The position numbers were made by a program, and so were the translations under genes. This document shows, in pieces, positions 9,785 to 20,043 of a DNA stretch of 64,000 nt. The notes under the pieces were generated by a model. That model was not told where the DNA came from. It searched no databases and saw nothing but the letters and a program-made list of their open reading frames with translations. This DNA is from an uncultured Campylobacter sp. GTDB lineage: Bacteria > Campylobacterota > Campylobacteria > Campylobacterales > Campylobacteraceae. The stretch spans positions 30,685 to 94,684 of the forward strand of contig NZ_CAJPRT010000007.1 in assembly GCF_905373215.1 (NCBI RefSeq). Reading direction: 5' to 3'. Positions within the stretch are counted from its first letter, which is position 1. The number at the start of each line of letters is the position of its first letter.

Positions 9785-11167
9785 TTAAAGCCCCATTTTT
9801 CCGGGATTTAAGATACCTTTTGGATCGAAAGCCCTTTTGATCGCGCGAAATAGCTCCATCTCTGCTGCGCTAAAAGCTAGTGGCATAAATTCTGCTTTGC
9901 TTAGCCCGATGCCGTGCTCGCCGCTGAGCGTACCGCCAAGACCAACTGCAGCTTTGAAAATTTCGGTGATTGCGTCATGTCCGCGTTGCACCTGAGCTTC
10001 GTCCTTTTTGTCGGCGACCATGACGTTGGTGTGGACATTGCCGTCGCCCGTGTGCCCGAAACAGGGCACGCGCACGCCGTATTTATCGCCGATGCGCGCG
10101 ATACGGCGCAGTAGCTCGGGCAGCTGCGAGCGCGGGACGGTGATGTCCTCATTTAGCTTAAGCGTGCCGTAGATATTGATCGCCTGCGAGCAGTTGCGTC
10201 TCGCAAACCAAATGCCCGCCCGCTCCTCTTCGCTTTTTGCGATGCGAAAGTCGCTCGCGCCGTTTTGAACGAAAATTTCTTTTATGAGTGCGAGCTCCTC
10301 CAAAAGCACCGCTTCTAAATTGCCGTCGGTTTCGCAGATCAAAATCGCGCCCGCGCCCTTCGGCAAGCCCTTGTGAAATTTCTCCTCGACCGCGGCTATG
10401 CACAGCGCGTCTAAAAATTCCATCGCCACGGGCGTGATACCGGCAGCCATCGTCTTATACACGGCATTCATTGCTGCATCTACGCTAGGAAAGACGCCCA
10501 TCGCGGTCTTTTTAAGCTTTGGCATTGGGATGAGCTTGAGTGTGATTTCGGTGATGATGGCAAGCGCGCCTTCGCTTGCGATTAAAATTCCTACCACGTT
10601 GAAGCCTGCGACATCTTTTATAGTGCGTTTGCCCGCTCGGATCACCTCACCGTTAGGCAGTACCGCACGCAGTGCCATTACATAGTCTTTGGTGATGCCG
10701 TATTTTGCGGCGCGCATACCGCCGGAGTTTTCGGCGACATTGCCTCCTAGCGTGGAATAATCCTGACTTGCGGGATCGGGCGGATAAAAAAGCCCGCGCG
10801 CTGCGGCTGCTTTTTGCAGATCGATATTTATGCAGCCGGGTTGGACTACGGCGAGTAGATTTTGCATGTCGATTTCTAGAATTTTATTCATATGTTTTTC
10901 AAATGCCAAAATCACTCCGCCGTTTGCGGCTAAAGATCCACCAGTAAAACCGCTACCTGCGCCTCTTGGAACTACAGGGATTAAATTTTCGTTGCAGAAT
11001 TTTAAAATTTGACTGACATCGTCCTCACTTCGCGGGAAAAGCACGCCGTCCGGCAGACAGCGCCTTTTCGTCGCGTCGTAGCAGTATGCCGTGCGATGAG
11101 CCTCGTCAAAATAAGCGTTATCCGCGCCTAATAGATTTGTAAAAAACGCTCGCGCGGCGCTATTCAT
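9785..11167 (-). CDS. glcD: FAD-linked oxidase, glycolate oxidase subunit GlcD-like
   Basis: PRGAGSGFTGG, YPPDPAS, GHTGDGNVH and SGEHGIG motifs. Confidence 0.9.
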   Translation of the reverse strand: MNSAARAFFTNLLGADNAYFDEAHRTAYCYDATKRRCLPDGVLFPRSEDDVSQILKFCNENLIPVVPRGAGSGFTGGSLAANGGVILAFEKHMNKILEIDMQNLLAVVQPGCINIDLQKAAAARGLFYPPDPASQDYSTLGGNVAENSGGMRAAKYGITKDYVMALRAVLPNGEVIRAGKRTIKDVAGFNVVGILIASEGALAIITEITLKLIPMPKLKKTAMGVFPSVDAAMNAVYKTMAAGITPVAMEFLDALCIAAVEEKFHKGLPKGAGAILICETDGNLEAVLLEELALIKEIFVQNGASDFRIAKSEEERAGIWFARRNCSQAINIYGTLKLNEDITVPRSQLPELLRRIARIGDKYGVRVPCFGHTGDGNVHTNVMVADKKDEAQVQRGHDAITEIFKAAVGLGGTLSGEHGIGLSKAEFMPLAFSAAEMELFRAIKRAFDPKGILNPGKMGL

Positions 11168-11888
11168 CGCCGTCTAAGCCCAGCAAATAGCGGTAGTGCT
11201 TGTCGTAATCGCTGATCGGGCCGTTAGTAAAGTCCCAAATGACGGTCTTTATCTCGCCCACGCGCGAGTAAAACGGCAGCTGATAATAAGCCACGCTGCC
11301 GCTAGCGAACGTGCGCAAAGGCTTGAAGCTGCCGCAGTCGGCAAATACACCTTGTTTATCCATCGCGATAAAAATCAGTCCGGCGCTGTTTTGCGCGCAA
11401 ATTTTACGAAAATCGTCTCGGCTAGGATTTGGCTTGTGGTTGTAGCTAAGATAGGCGCCGCCAAGATCTGGGTGGATAAAATTTATATTTGGAAAAGCCT
11501 TGATAACCTGCTCGTAAATTTCAGCGTTAGGCGCGACGATTATGGCGCGGTCATAGAGGAAATTTAAGATCACTTTATCGCCGCTTGAGGGTAAAATTTT
11601 AGGCAGCGGCAGCGCCTCTTGAGCTAACATATCAAAAACCTCAAATCGCACCTTTGCCTTGCCTGCGCTTTTTTGCGTAACGACTGCGCGCGCGATGATG
11701 GAACTCGCGCCGCTACCGAAATTATGCATCACTATTCCACTGCTGCCTACGGCAATCGTAGGGCTATCTGTGATCTCGCCTGAACCATCCTTTACGCTAA
11801 GTAGGGCGGTTTCGTATCGCGGCATGTTAAATTCCGCCCCTATCGCCGCGCTTAAAAATAGACCTAAAATAAGTAAAGCTTTTTTCAA
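11160..11888 (-). CDS. Plasminogen-binding N-terminal domain (PgbA-like) exported protein
   Basis: Signal peptide; VGSSGIV.H, LAQEALP.P and LNFLYDRAIIVAPN motifs; position next to glcD. Confidence 0.75.
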   Translation of the reverse strand: MKKALLILGLFLSAAIGAEFNMPRYETALLSVKDGSGEITDSPTIAVGSSGIVMHNFGSGASSIIARAVVTQKSAGKAKVRFEVFDMLAQEALPLPKILPSSGDKVILNFLYDRAIIVAPNAEIYEQVIKAFPNINFIHPDLGGAYLSYNHKPNPSRDDFRKICAQNSAGLIFIAMDKQGVFADCGSFKPLRTFASGSVAYYQLPFYSRVGEIKTVIWDFTNGPISDYDKHYRYLLGLDGDE

Positions 11889-12026
11889 AATTCTGCTCCT
11901 GAATAAAATTTCGGCTAATTATACATAAAACTTTGAAATTAGCGATAAAATTCCACGGTATTTACGAAATATAAGCGTTTTTTCGTTACAATCCCGCCTT
12001 AAAATAATATTTCAAAGCGGTTTTAT

Positions 12027-13196
12027 ATGACTAGAATTTTTATATTGCTTTTTCTGTGGATAGGCGTAGTTTTTGCGAACAACCCCAGCGTAGAGAAGTT
12101 TGCCTGGCCCGATGGCGTGAGTCTGCTGCAATTTATGGAAACCGCGGGCATCCCCGCATCTGTATATTACGACCTGGATAAAGAGGATCAGGAGCTTGCC
12201 GCCGAGGTGCGCGCGGGCGTGGAGTGTCAAATTTTGCGTGATCCAGCAGGTCGCGTCTCCCAGCTGCTAATTCCCGTCAGCGAGGAGCTTCAGATCCACA
12301 TTTACCGCGATAAATTCGGCACTTTTAGATTTGTTTATACTCCGATAGTTTATGAGGAAAACAGCTACTCTTTAGGAATTCAGATCGAAAGCTCGCCCTA
12401 TCAAGACATTATCAAAGCTACGGGCAATGCGGCTTTAGCGAATGAGTTTATGCTTGTTTTTAAAAACGAGGTAAATTTTAAAAAGCTGCAAAAAGGCGAT
12501 CGGCTCGTGATCCTGTACGAGCAAAAGACGCGCCTTGGCAAGCCTTTTGGCGGAGTAAATATCACCGCAGGAATGATCGAGGAAAATAAAAAGCCCAGAT
12601 CGCTTTATTTCTTCGACGATAAATACTACGACCGAAGCGGAAAAAAGGTCGAATCTTTTCTACTTATCACGCCGCTTGTTTATACTAGAATTTCATCCTA
12701 TTTTACCCCAAAAAGATTTCATCCGATTTTAAAGCGCTATCGCGCGCATCTGGGTGTGGATTACGCAGCTCCCAAAGGCACTAGGGTAAATGCCGCAGGG
12801 GCGGGCAAGATTAGCTTTGTAGGGCGTAAAAACGGCTACGGCAATACCGTAGAGATCAACCACGGCGGCGGCATTAGCACGCTTTATGCACATCTTAGCG
12901 GCTTTGCTAGCGGCACAAAAGTAGGCGTTAGCGTCAAGCAAGGTCAATTAATCGCCTACGTGGGCTCGACCGGGCTTAGTTCGGGACCGCATCTGCACTT
13001 CGGACTTTATAAAAATAAGCAGGCGATAGATCCGCTTAAGGTAGTCAAGATTGAAAAAACTAACGTTATAAGCGCCGAAGAGCTTAAATTTAAAGCCCTT
13101 GTCAAAGATATGGACGCTAGAATGGCTGTGGCTAAAGACGGCTCGAAAAACCCTGCTAAATTTGAAAATTACGAGTCGCTTATCACGATAAATTAA
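12027..13196 (+). CDS. M23 family peptidoglycan DD-metalloendopeptidase (Csd3-like)
   Basis: HLGVDYAAP, YAHLS and GLSSGPHLHF motifs; TACAAT -10 at 11987-11992. Confidence 0.92.
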   Translation: MTRIFILLFLWIGVVFANNPSVEKFAWPDGVSLLQFMETAGIPASVYYDLDKEDQELAAEVRAGVECQILRDPAGRVSQLLIPVSEELQIHIYRDKFGTFRFVYTPIVYEENSYSLGIQIESSPYQDIIKATGNAALANEFMLVFKNEVNFKKLQKGDRLVILYEQKTRLGKPFGGVNITAGMIEENKKPRSLYFFDDKYYDRSGKKVESFLLITPLVYTRISSYFTPKRFHPILKRYRAHLGVDYAAPKGTRVNAAGAGKISFVGRKNGYGNTVEINHGGGISTLYAHLSGFASGTKVGVSVKQGQLIAYVGSTGLSSGPHLHFGLYKNKQAIDPLKVVKIEKTNVISAEELKFKALVKDMDARMAVAKDGSKNPAKFENYESLITIN

Positions 13197-13204
13197 GGTC
13201 AAAA

Positions 13205-14584
13205 ATGGAAAATAAAGAGCAGCTAGATGACGTCGAGGAAGCCAAAGCGCTCCTTGATGCGCACTTGGACGATACGCTTGAGCATGAGCTGAGTGCCGCC
13301 GATCTTACAGAGCATTTAAAAACTCTAAAAAAGCATGACGAAGAAAAATACGTAGAATTCTTAAAAAAGCTAGATCCTGAGGATCTTGCCGATGCTGCGC
13401 TTGAGATGCCCGAGCATATGCTCGAAGATGTCATCGAAACTCTGCCTCACGAAAAGATCGTCGAAGCGATCGAGGAGCTCGAAAGCGACGATCAGGCGGA
13501 GCTTTTGCAAAATATCGGCGAAATCGACGAGGACAAGGCCGAGCAGATTTTCTATGGGCTTGACGAGGACGATCGCCACGACATTCTTACTATCTCCAAA
13601 TATAGCGAAGATGAGGCGGGCGCGTATATGCAGACTGAGGTCTTTAGCGCGAGGCAGGATCAGACCCTGGGGCAGGCGGTCGAGATGCTGCGCGTTATGC
13701 GCGAAAAGGACGAGATCGAAAACGTCTTTCAGCTCTTCGTGCTCGATAAAAAGGGGCATCTGCTTACTACCTTTTCGACGTCCGATCTGATTTTATACGA
13801 TTTTTCGCTCACGTTGGAAGAAATTTCACAAAAATTCGGCGCCGAAAATAAAATCCACTTCGCCACCGATACCGATAAGATCGACGACGTAATCAAGGAT
13901 TTTGAGGAGTTCGACCTTAACGTCATCCCCGTAGTCGATGCTAACGGCGTGCTCATCGGACGTATCACCGCCGATGATATCCACGATCTCATCCAAGAGC
14001 GCGCCACCGAGCAAATTTACAATCTCGCGGGCGTCGATGACGAAGCGGAAGACGACGAGACTACGATCTTTAAGGCGGGACGCGCGCGCGCTGTGTGGCT
14101 AGCGGTAAATTTATGCACGGCGATCGTAAGCTCCACGATCATTGGGCTTTTTGACGCCACTATCGAAAAGCTGGTCGCGCTCGCCGTGCTTATGCCAATA
14201 GTCGCCTCCATGGGCGGTAACACCGGCACGCAGGCGCTTACGGTAACCGTGCGCCGCCTAGCCCTGGGCGAGATAGCGTTTAAAGACAAAAAGCAGGTTC
14301 TCTTTCGCGAGATCACGATCGCTTTTATAAACGGCCTCATTTTTGCCACGCTGATGGGGTTTGTGGCGTATTTTTGGTTCGGCATTAAGCTTTTGGGGTT
14401 GGTGATTGCGATGTCGATGGTGCTAAATTTAACGCTCGCGGGGCTTTTCGGCGCCGTCATTCCGATCACGCTTAAAAAATTAAATATCGATCCCGCCGTC
14501 GGCAGCTCCGTGCTGCTTACCACGGTAACTGACATCGTGGGATTTTTTAGCTTTTTAGGACTTGCGACATGGATACTACTATAA
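13205..14584 (+). CDS. mgtE: Magnesium transporter MgtE
   Basis: Acidic N-terminal domain, CBS pair, MGGNTGTQ and DPAVGSSVLLTTVTD motifs. Confidence 0.95.
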   Translation: MENKEQLDDVEEAKALLDAHLDDTLEHELSAADLTEHLKTLKKHDEEKYVEFLKKLDPEDLADAALEMPEHMLEDVIETLPHEKIVEAIEELESDDQAELLQNIGEIDEDKAEQIFYGLDEDDRHDILTISKYSEDEAGAYMQTEVFSARQDQTLGQAVEMLRVMREKDEIENVFQLFVLDKKGHLLTTFSTSDLILYDFSLTLEEISQKFGAENKIHFATDTDKIDDVIKDFEEFDLNVIPVVDANGVLIGRITADDIHDLIQERATEQIYNLAGVDDEAEDDETTIFKAGRARAVWLAVNLCTAIVSSTIIGLFDATIEKLVALAVLMPIVASMGGNTGTQALTVTVRRLALGEIAFKDKKQVLFREITIAFINGLIFATLMGFVAYFWFGIKLLGLVIAMSMVLNLTLAGLFGAVIPITLKKLNIDPAVGSSVLLTTVTDIVGFFSFLGLATWILL

Positions 14585-15156
14585 AAAATTTTAAAATTTC
14601 CGAGCTTAAAAGCTCGAATTTCGTTAAACCCTTTCGCTTAAATTTTGAAATAGACGGCGTAGCGCGCGCGTGGGACTGCGTCAAAGTGCACGATAGCGTC
14701 TCGATTTTGCTTTATCATACGCAGCGCGACGCGCTTTTGCTCGTCAAGCAGTTTCGCCCCAGCGTGTGGTTTTATCAAGAGGAAAATTTAATAAATTCGC
14801 CCGAGAAGGGCTACACCTATGAGCTTTGCGCGGGCATTTTGGACAAGGGCATTAGCGAGGAGCAAACGGCGATCGAAGAGGTGCTCGAAGAGACGGGATA
14901 CGCCGTGAAGGATCTGAAATTTATCACGAGCTACTACAGCGCCCTGGGCTTTGCGGCAAACCGTCAAATTTTATACTTCGCGCGTATCGACGAATCGATG
15001 AAGCTAGGTCGCGGCGGCGGCGTGGACGGCGAGAAGATCGAGCTTTTCTATCTGCCCGCAGCCAAGGCGCGAGAGTTTATGTTTGATGAAAAGATCGTGC
15101 GCGCGCCGGGGCTGATCTTGGCGTTTCAATGGTTTTTGAGCGAGTTTAAAGCTTAG
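14569..15156 (+). CDS. NUDIX hydrolase (nucleoside-diphosphate-sugar pyrophosphatase type)
   Basis: Nudix box ELCAGILD...AIEEVLEETGY; KQFRP and GGGVDGE motifs. Confidence 0.92.
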   Translation: MDTTIKNFKISELKSSNFVKPFRLNFEIDGVARAWDCVKVHDSVSILLYHTQRDALLLVKQFRPSVWFYQEENLINSPEKGYTYELCAGILDKGISEEQTAIEEVLEETGYAVKDLKFITSYYSALGFAANRQILYFARIDESMKLGRGGGVDGEKIELFYLPAAKAREFMFDEKIVRAPGLILAFQWFLSEFKA

Positions 15157-15223
15157 CGGCGAGAGGGAATTTCGCGTGCCTCCGTGCGTTTTTGCGTCTC
15201 GGTTTTAAATTTAAAGGACGGCG

Positions 15224-16270
15224 ATGAGGGTTTTACTTAGGCTGTGCATTATCGCGGCGTGTGTTTATATCTGCGTGCTAGCGGGACTTTATATCTTTCA
15301 GGAACGGCTGATATTTTTGGGCGAGCCGCTGGATAAAAACTTCAAATTTAGCTTTGAAAATTCCGAATTTGCAGGACTGGTGAACGCGCCCGAGAGCGGC
15401 GCGCATTTAGATATGCAGGCGTCCGCTACGCAAAATAGCGCCTCTACGAAGAGTGGCGCGGATGAAAGCGCTTCCGCAGCGAGCGACACAAAAGAAAGCG
15501 GCGCAGCAGCGGGCGAGATCAAAAACAAAAACACTCAAACTAGCGCCGAGCGCGTCGGCGAAAATACCGCTCAGGACGTCGCAGCGGGCAATAACACAAA
15601 CTCCGCTGCAATAAAATTTCAAGAGATCAATATCCCGTTTGAGGGCGGGTTGATAAACGGGCTGAAATTTAGTGCGGCAGAGCCTAAGGGCGCGATTTTG
15701 TTCTTTCACGGCAACTTCGGCGACGTGAGCGGCTGGGGCGCATACGGCGCGGATTTTGCGGCTTTGGGATACGATTTTTATATTTTCGATTACCCGGGCT
15801 ACGGCAAATCGGACGGCAAAATTTCATCGCAGCAGCAGCTTTTTGCGAGCGCAGATGCGATGAGCCGCTACGTTTTAGCGCAGCATTCGCCAAGAAAGCT
15901 CACGATGATCGGCTACTCGATCGGAAGCGGTATCGCAGCACAGCAGGCTGCGAAGTGGGACGCGGCGCGGCTGATCTTGCTCGCGCCATATTTTAGCTTC
16001 GAGCGGCTTGCGCACGAAAAAGCCCCCTTCGTGCCGAAATTTTTGATCCGTTATAAGATTCCGACCGCGGAATTTTTGCAAGCGGCACGCGGCACTCAGA
16101 TCACGCTCATCCACGGAGCCGCAGATGAGCTGATACCGGTGCATCACTCGTATGATCTTGCGGGATCTCTTAAGGCGGACGATCTATTTTATGAAATACC
16201 AGACGCGCGGCATAATGGACTGCTGGCAATGCCCCGTATTTGGGAAATTTTAAAAGAGAGGCTGCGCTAA
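15224..16270 (+). CDS. Alpha/beta hydrolase with in-frame low-complexity insertion
   Basis: FFHGN, DYPGYGKSDG, GYSIG nucleophile elbow, HGAADE and HN motifs. Confidence 0.9.
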   Translation: MRVLLRLCIIAACVYICVLAGLYIFQERLIFLGEPLDKNFKFSFENSEFAGLVNAPESGAHLDMQASATQNSASTKSGADESASAASDTKESGAAAGEIKNKNTQTSAERVGENTAQDVAAGNNTNSAAIKFQEINIPFEGGLINGLKFSAAEPKGAILFFHGNFGDVSGWGAYGADFAALGYDFYIFDYPGYGKSDGKISSQQQLFASADAMSRYVLAQHSPRKLTMIGYSIGSGIAAQQAAKWDAARLILLAPYFSFERLAHEKAPFVPKFLIRYKIPTAEFLQAARGTQITLIHGAADELIPVHHSYDLAGSLKADDLFYEIPDARHNGLLAMPRIWEILKERLR

Positions 16271-16839
16271 TCTAGCGGAGCTCGGCGTAAAATTCCACGC
16301 AGAATTCGACCGCTAAATTTTAAAATTTTACGTAGAATTCTACGCGGGCTCGGTCTCCGTAAAATCGCATGAAATTTTATAGCGGCAAAACACGGCGCCA
16401 AAAACGAGGCGCAATTTCAAATCAAAATTTATGTGCCGTTGGCGTAAGCATAGAGCCGACTTTGTAGCGTTAAATTCTTCCTAGCGCGCAGATGCTGAAA
16501 ATTTCAAACTAAAATTTGCGCCGGATCGCGACGCCGTATGTTTTAGCCGCTATAAAATTCTGTGAAATTTTATCTCCGCAGCCGTTTATAAATTTCAAGT
16601 CTAAATTTTATATTTGCGCCCTGACGGCGCCGTATTTTAGCCGCGTAGAATTTTGCCGCATAAAATACTGCCTAACAAAATTCTGCTGCGTAGATTTCAA
16701 TTCACCGCGCTCAAATTTTATCCGCCGTTCTGAAATTTATCCCGCCGCGTCTAAATTTCTCCAGCCCGTCGCGCTTTACCGAAATTTATATTTAGTTGTT
16801 GTAAAATGCGTTTTTAAAAGGATTTTAGCGGGTTGTGAT

Positions 16840-17457
16840 ATGAGTATTTTAGAGCTTACGGAGTGCGTAGGCATCGCTTCGGCGGCGCTTAGCGGGTTTT
16901 TATTCGGCGTAAAGAAAGGCTGCGATTGGCTTGGGATCTTTATCGCGGCATTTTTGACCGCGCTTGGCGGCGGGATCATGCGCGACACCTTAGTAAGCCG
17001 CGAAATCTACTCGTTTACGCACTATGCGCCCGTAACGATCGTGCTTGCGGTAAGCGCCGTAGCCATTTTTGCCAAACTTTACGAGAACCGTGATTTGGAG
17101 GGTAAATTTTTATTTATTCTAACCGATGCGATCGATGTCGTAAGCTTTTCGATCGTGGGAGCGATGGTTGCGCTAAGCTATAATCATAACGTTTTTGGAG
17201 TGGTGCTGATTGCGTTTTGTAACGGCGTGGGCGGCGGCATCTTGCGCGATGTGCTGCTGAACGAAGTGCCGTGGTTTTTGCATACGGGGCTTTATGGCAC
17301 GATAAGCATGGGCGTGGGCTTGATATATTTCGTGCTTGATGGATTGGGGCTTAGCGGCGTAGTTTCGGTGCTTATTTTGCTAGTTTTAGGGGTTGCGTTT
17401 CGCATGATGGCTTATTACAAATCTTGGCATCTGCCTAAAGTGGAGTATAAAAAATGA
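16840..17457 (+). CDS. Trimeric intracellular cation channel (UPF0126) membrane protein
   Basis: Two TALGGGIMRD / NGVGGGILRD repeats; true start taken as ATG at 16840. Confidence 0.88.
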   Translation: MSILELTECVGIASAALSGFLFGVKKGCDWLGIFIAAFLTALGGGIMRDTLVSREIYSFTHYAPVTIVLAVSAVAIFAKLYENRDLEGKFLFILTDAIDVVSFSIVGAMVALSYNHNVFGVVLIAFCNGVGGGILRDVLLNEVPWFLHTGLYGTISMGVGLIYFVLDGLGLSGVVSVLILLVLGVAFRMMAYYKSWHLPKVEYKK

Positions 17458-18623
17458 ACTATTTGATGGATAATTTCGCGCGCGTAAACGTAGCGCTAGT
17501 AAGAGGCGAGGGCTCGATAGTCTATGACGAAACGGGTAAAGACTACGTGGATTTTGGCGCGGGTATCGGCGTAAACTGTCTAGGGCACGCAAACGAGATC
17601 GTCTTAGAAGCGATCGGCACGCAAGCCGCGCAGATCATCCACGGCTCAAATATCTATAGAATTCTGCCCCAAGAAGCCCTGGCTCAAAAGATTAGCGAGC
17701 TTTTAGGGTACCGTACATACGCGGTGTTTTGCAACTCGGGCGCGGAGGCTAACGAAGCGGCGATCAAAATGGCGCGCAAATACGGCACCGTAAACTTCCC
17801 TAATAAAAAATTTGAAATTCTAACTTTGCGAAATTCTTTCCACGGCCGCACGCTAGCGACGCTGCAAGCTACCGGGCAGGAGAAATTTCATCCGGAAATT
17901 TTCGCGCCCTATATGCCCGGATTTAAATTTTTCGACGATATCGAGGAGATCATCGCGCATATCGATGAAAACAGCGTCGCCGTGATGATCGAGCTAGTCC
18001 AGGGCGAGGGCGGCATTAAACCTCTGGATAAGGCTAGCGTGCAAAAGCTGGCGGCTGTTTTAAAAGAGAGAAAGCTGCTTTTAATCACCGACGAGGTGCA
18101 GTGCGGCGTATATCGCACGGGCGAGTTCGCGACGTCACAAATTTACGGCATCCGCCCCGACATCATCACCTTTGCCAAAGGTCTTGCGGGCGGCGTGCCG
18201 ATCGGCGCGTGCGTGGCGCAGCAAAATATTTTCGCTCCGGGCGAGCACGGCAGCACCTTCGGCGGTAACTTTTTGGCGACCTCTACGGCGCTTGCGGTGC
18301 TTTCGCAGCTAGAGTTTTTAAAAGCGAGCGGCAAGCTTGATAAGACTATAAAAAGATTTATCAAAAAACTAGACGCCATCGCCGCAGACTATCCTAGCCT
18401 GATCGAAAAGCACGTGGGGCTCGGTCTGATGCAAGGCCTCGTGCTACGCGATGAAAAAAACTTGGGCGAGATCTTTAACAAAGCCCTGCAAAACGGACTT
18501 TTGATCCTAAAATCCGGCAAGCGCACCCTTAGATTTTTGCCTGCGCTAAATATCAAAAAACCGGAGATCAAAGAGGGCTTTGCGCGCCTACGCAAAAGCC
18601 TGGACGAGATAGTGCGGGCGTGA
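17454..18623 (+). CDS. argD: Acetylornithine aminotransferase
   Basis: NSGAEANE, SFHGRT, DEVQCG, AKGLAGG and HGSTFGGN motifs. Confidence 0.92.
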   Translation: MNYLMDNFARVNVALVRGEGSIVYDETGKDYVDFGAGIGVNCLGHANEIVLEAIGTQAAQIIHGSNIYRILPQEALAQKISELLGYRTYAVFCNSGAEANEAAIKMARKYGTVNFPNKKFEILTLRNSFHGRTLATLQATGQEKFHPEIFAPYMPGFKFFDDIEEIIAHIDENSVAVMIELVQGEGGIKPLDKASVQKLAAVLKERKLLLITDEVQCGVYRTGEFATSQIYGIRPDIITFAKGLAGGVPIGACVAQQNIFAPGEHGSTFGGNFLATSTALAVLSQLEFLKASGKLDKTIKRFIKKLDAIAADYPSLIEKHVGLGLMQGLVLRDEKNLGEIFNKALQNGLLILKSGKRTLRFLPALNIKKPEIKEGFARLRKSLDEIVRA

Positions 18624-19711
18624 AATTTAGCGATTTTTTTGAGAGCTGGCTAAATGAGAGCTACTATGCAAATGCCGCTAAAATCGGCAAGAGCGGCGAT
18701 TTTTACACCGCCGTGAGCGTAGGAAGCTTCTTTGGGATCTGCATCGCGCGCGAAATTTTACGCCTAAGCGCGGATTTTGGCGCGACGCAAGAGTTAAGCT
18801 TAGACGCGGCGGCAAGCTCGGGCGCATCGCGGCAAAACCTTGCGGCGAGCAAGCTAAATTTAGACGCTGCGCCTGCAAAAAAATCGCAAAATAGCGCCAA
18901 AATCGCTATCGTAGAGATCGGCTCGCACGACGGGCGGCTGCTTTGCGACATAGCGCAAGCTATCTTTACGCTGGGCGGTGCGGCGGCGCTTGATAAATTT
19001 AGCTTTGCGATTATCGAGCCGCACGAGCGCCTGCGCGAGCTACAGCGGGCGAGCTTTGCGGAGAGCTTCGGCGACGAAATCGCGCTAAAGCATTTCACAA
19101 GCGTGCACGAGGCGAAATTTAAAGATGCGATATTTGTGGCAAACGAGCTTTTCGACGCCTTTAAATGCGAGGCGGTGGACGGCGAAAATATGCTTTTTAT
19201 AGAGAGCGGCGCGGCAAAATTTGCTCCCATAAAAGAACGTGAAATTTTGACCCTCGCGCGCAGATTCGGCATATCGCGCGGCGAAATCCCGGTCGGATAC
19301 TTTCGCTTCGCCCGCGAAATTTGCGCCAGCGCGCAGCGGTTTTATTTCATAGCCTTCGATTACGGACAGATGGGCGCTAGCGGCGATTTTAGCCTGCGGA
19401 TTTACCGAAACCACGAGGTTTTTAGCTTCTTTGAGGTGAAAAACTTGAGTGATTTTTACGGCAAGAGCGATCTTACCTACGACGTAAATTTTGAAATTTT
19501 GCGAGCGGCGTTTGAGGACGCGGGCGCCGTGACGACGGATTTTAAAAGACAGATCGCGGCTTTGATGGACTTCGGCGCGGTCCAGCTTTTAGAGCTTTTT
19601 ATGCAAAAAAGCGGCGAGAAGGGCTATCAGAACGCGCTTTTGCAGTTTAATCACCTGCGCGCGGAGTTTGGCGAGAAGTTTAAGATGATAAAATTTAAAA
19701 AGGGGCTTTGA
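18620..19711 (+). CDS. SAM-dependent methyltransferase, MidA/NDUFAF7 family
   Basis: IGKSGDFYT, VEIGS, ANELFDAF, FDYG and DLTYDVNF motifs. Confidence 0.88.
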   Translation: MKFSDFFESWLNESYYANAAKIGKSGDFYTAVSVGSFFGICIAREILRLSADFGATQELSLDAAASSGASRQNLAASKLNLDAAPAKKSQNSAKIAIVEIGSHDGRLLCDIAQAIFTLGGAAALDKFSFAIIEPHERLRELQRASFAESFGDEIALKHFTSVHEAKFKDAIFVANELFDAFKCEAVDGENMLFIESGAAKFAPIKEREILTLARRFGISRGEIPVGYFRFAREICASAQRFYFIAFDYGQMGASGDFSLRIYRNHEVFSFFEVKNLSDFYGKSDLTYDVNFEILRAAFEDAGAVTTDFKRQIAALMDFGAVQLLELFMQKSGEKGYQNALLQFNHLRAEFGEKFKMIKFKKGL

Positions 19712-20043
19712 TGAAAGCTTTTATCGATTGCGACTGCGAAATTTTACAAAAGACGCTGGAACTGTTTTTAAAAAGTCATGCTGCAAGTGCGCAGGATTGC
19801 GACTTTGTGATAAGCGACGAGCCGCGAAACTCGGCAAAACCGCTCTTTTTAATCGGCGAGGACGGAGATTTGGCGCTGCCGTTTTCAAAGCATACGCTGC
19901 TATCTAGGCTAGAGGATTTTCAAAGCTCGCTACGGGTGGATCTTGGCGGATACGATGCGGCGAGTGCGGAAGATGAAATTTGCGCGTTATTTGATGAGTT
20001 TAAGACAAGAATCATCGAAATTTTAAGAAGGCAAAATGGCTAA
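19711..20043 (+). CDS. Hypothetical protein (conserved-looking)
   Basis: Overlaps both neighbours (TGATG at the start); natural-looking composition. Confidence 0.75.
   Translation: MKAFIDCDCEILQKTLELFLKSHAASAQDCDFVISDEPRNSAKPLFLIGEDGDLALPFSKHTLLSRLEDFQSSLRVDLGGYDAASAEDEICALFDEFKTRIIEILRRQNG

Noticed and set aside
16516..16839. 108-aa N-terminal extension of the UPF0126 protein
   Set aside because: TTG start without an SD in RAATTY-rich spacer; a TAAAAT -10-like element lies just upstream of ATG 16840
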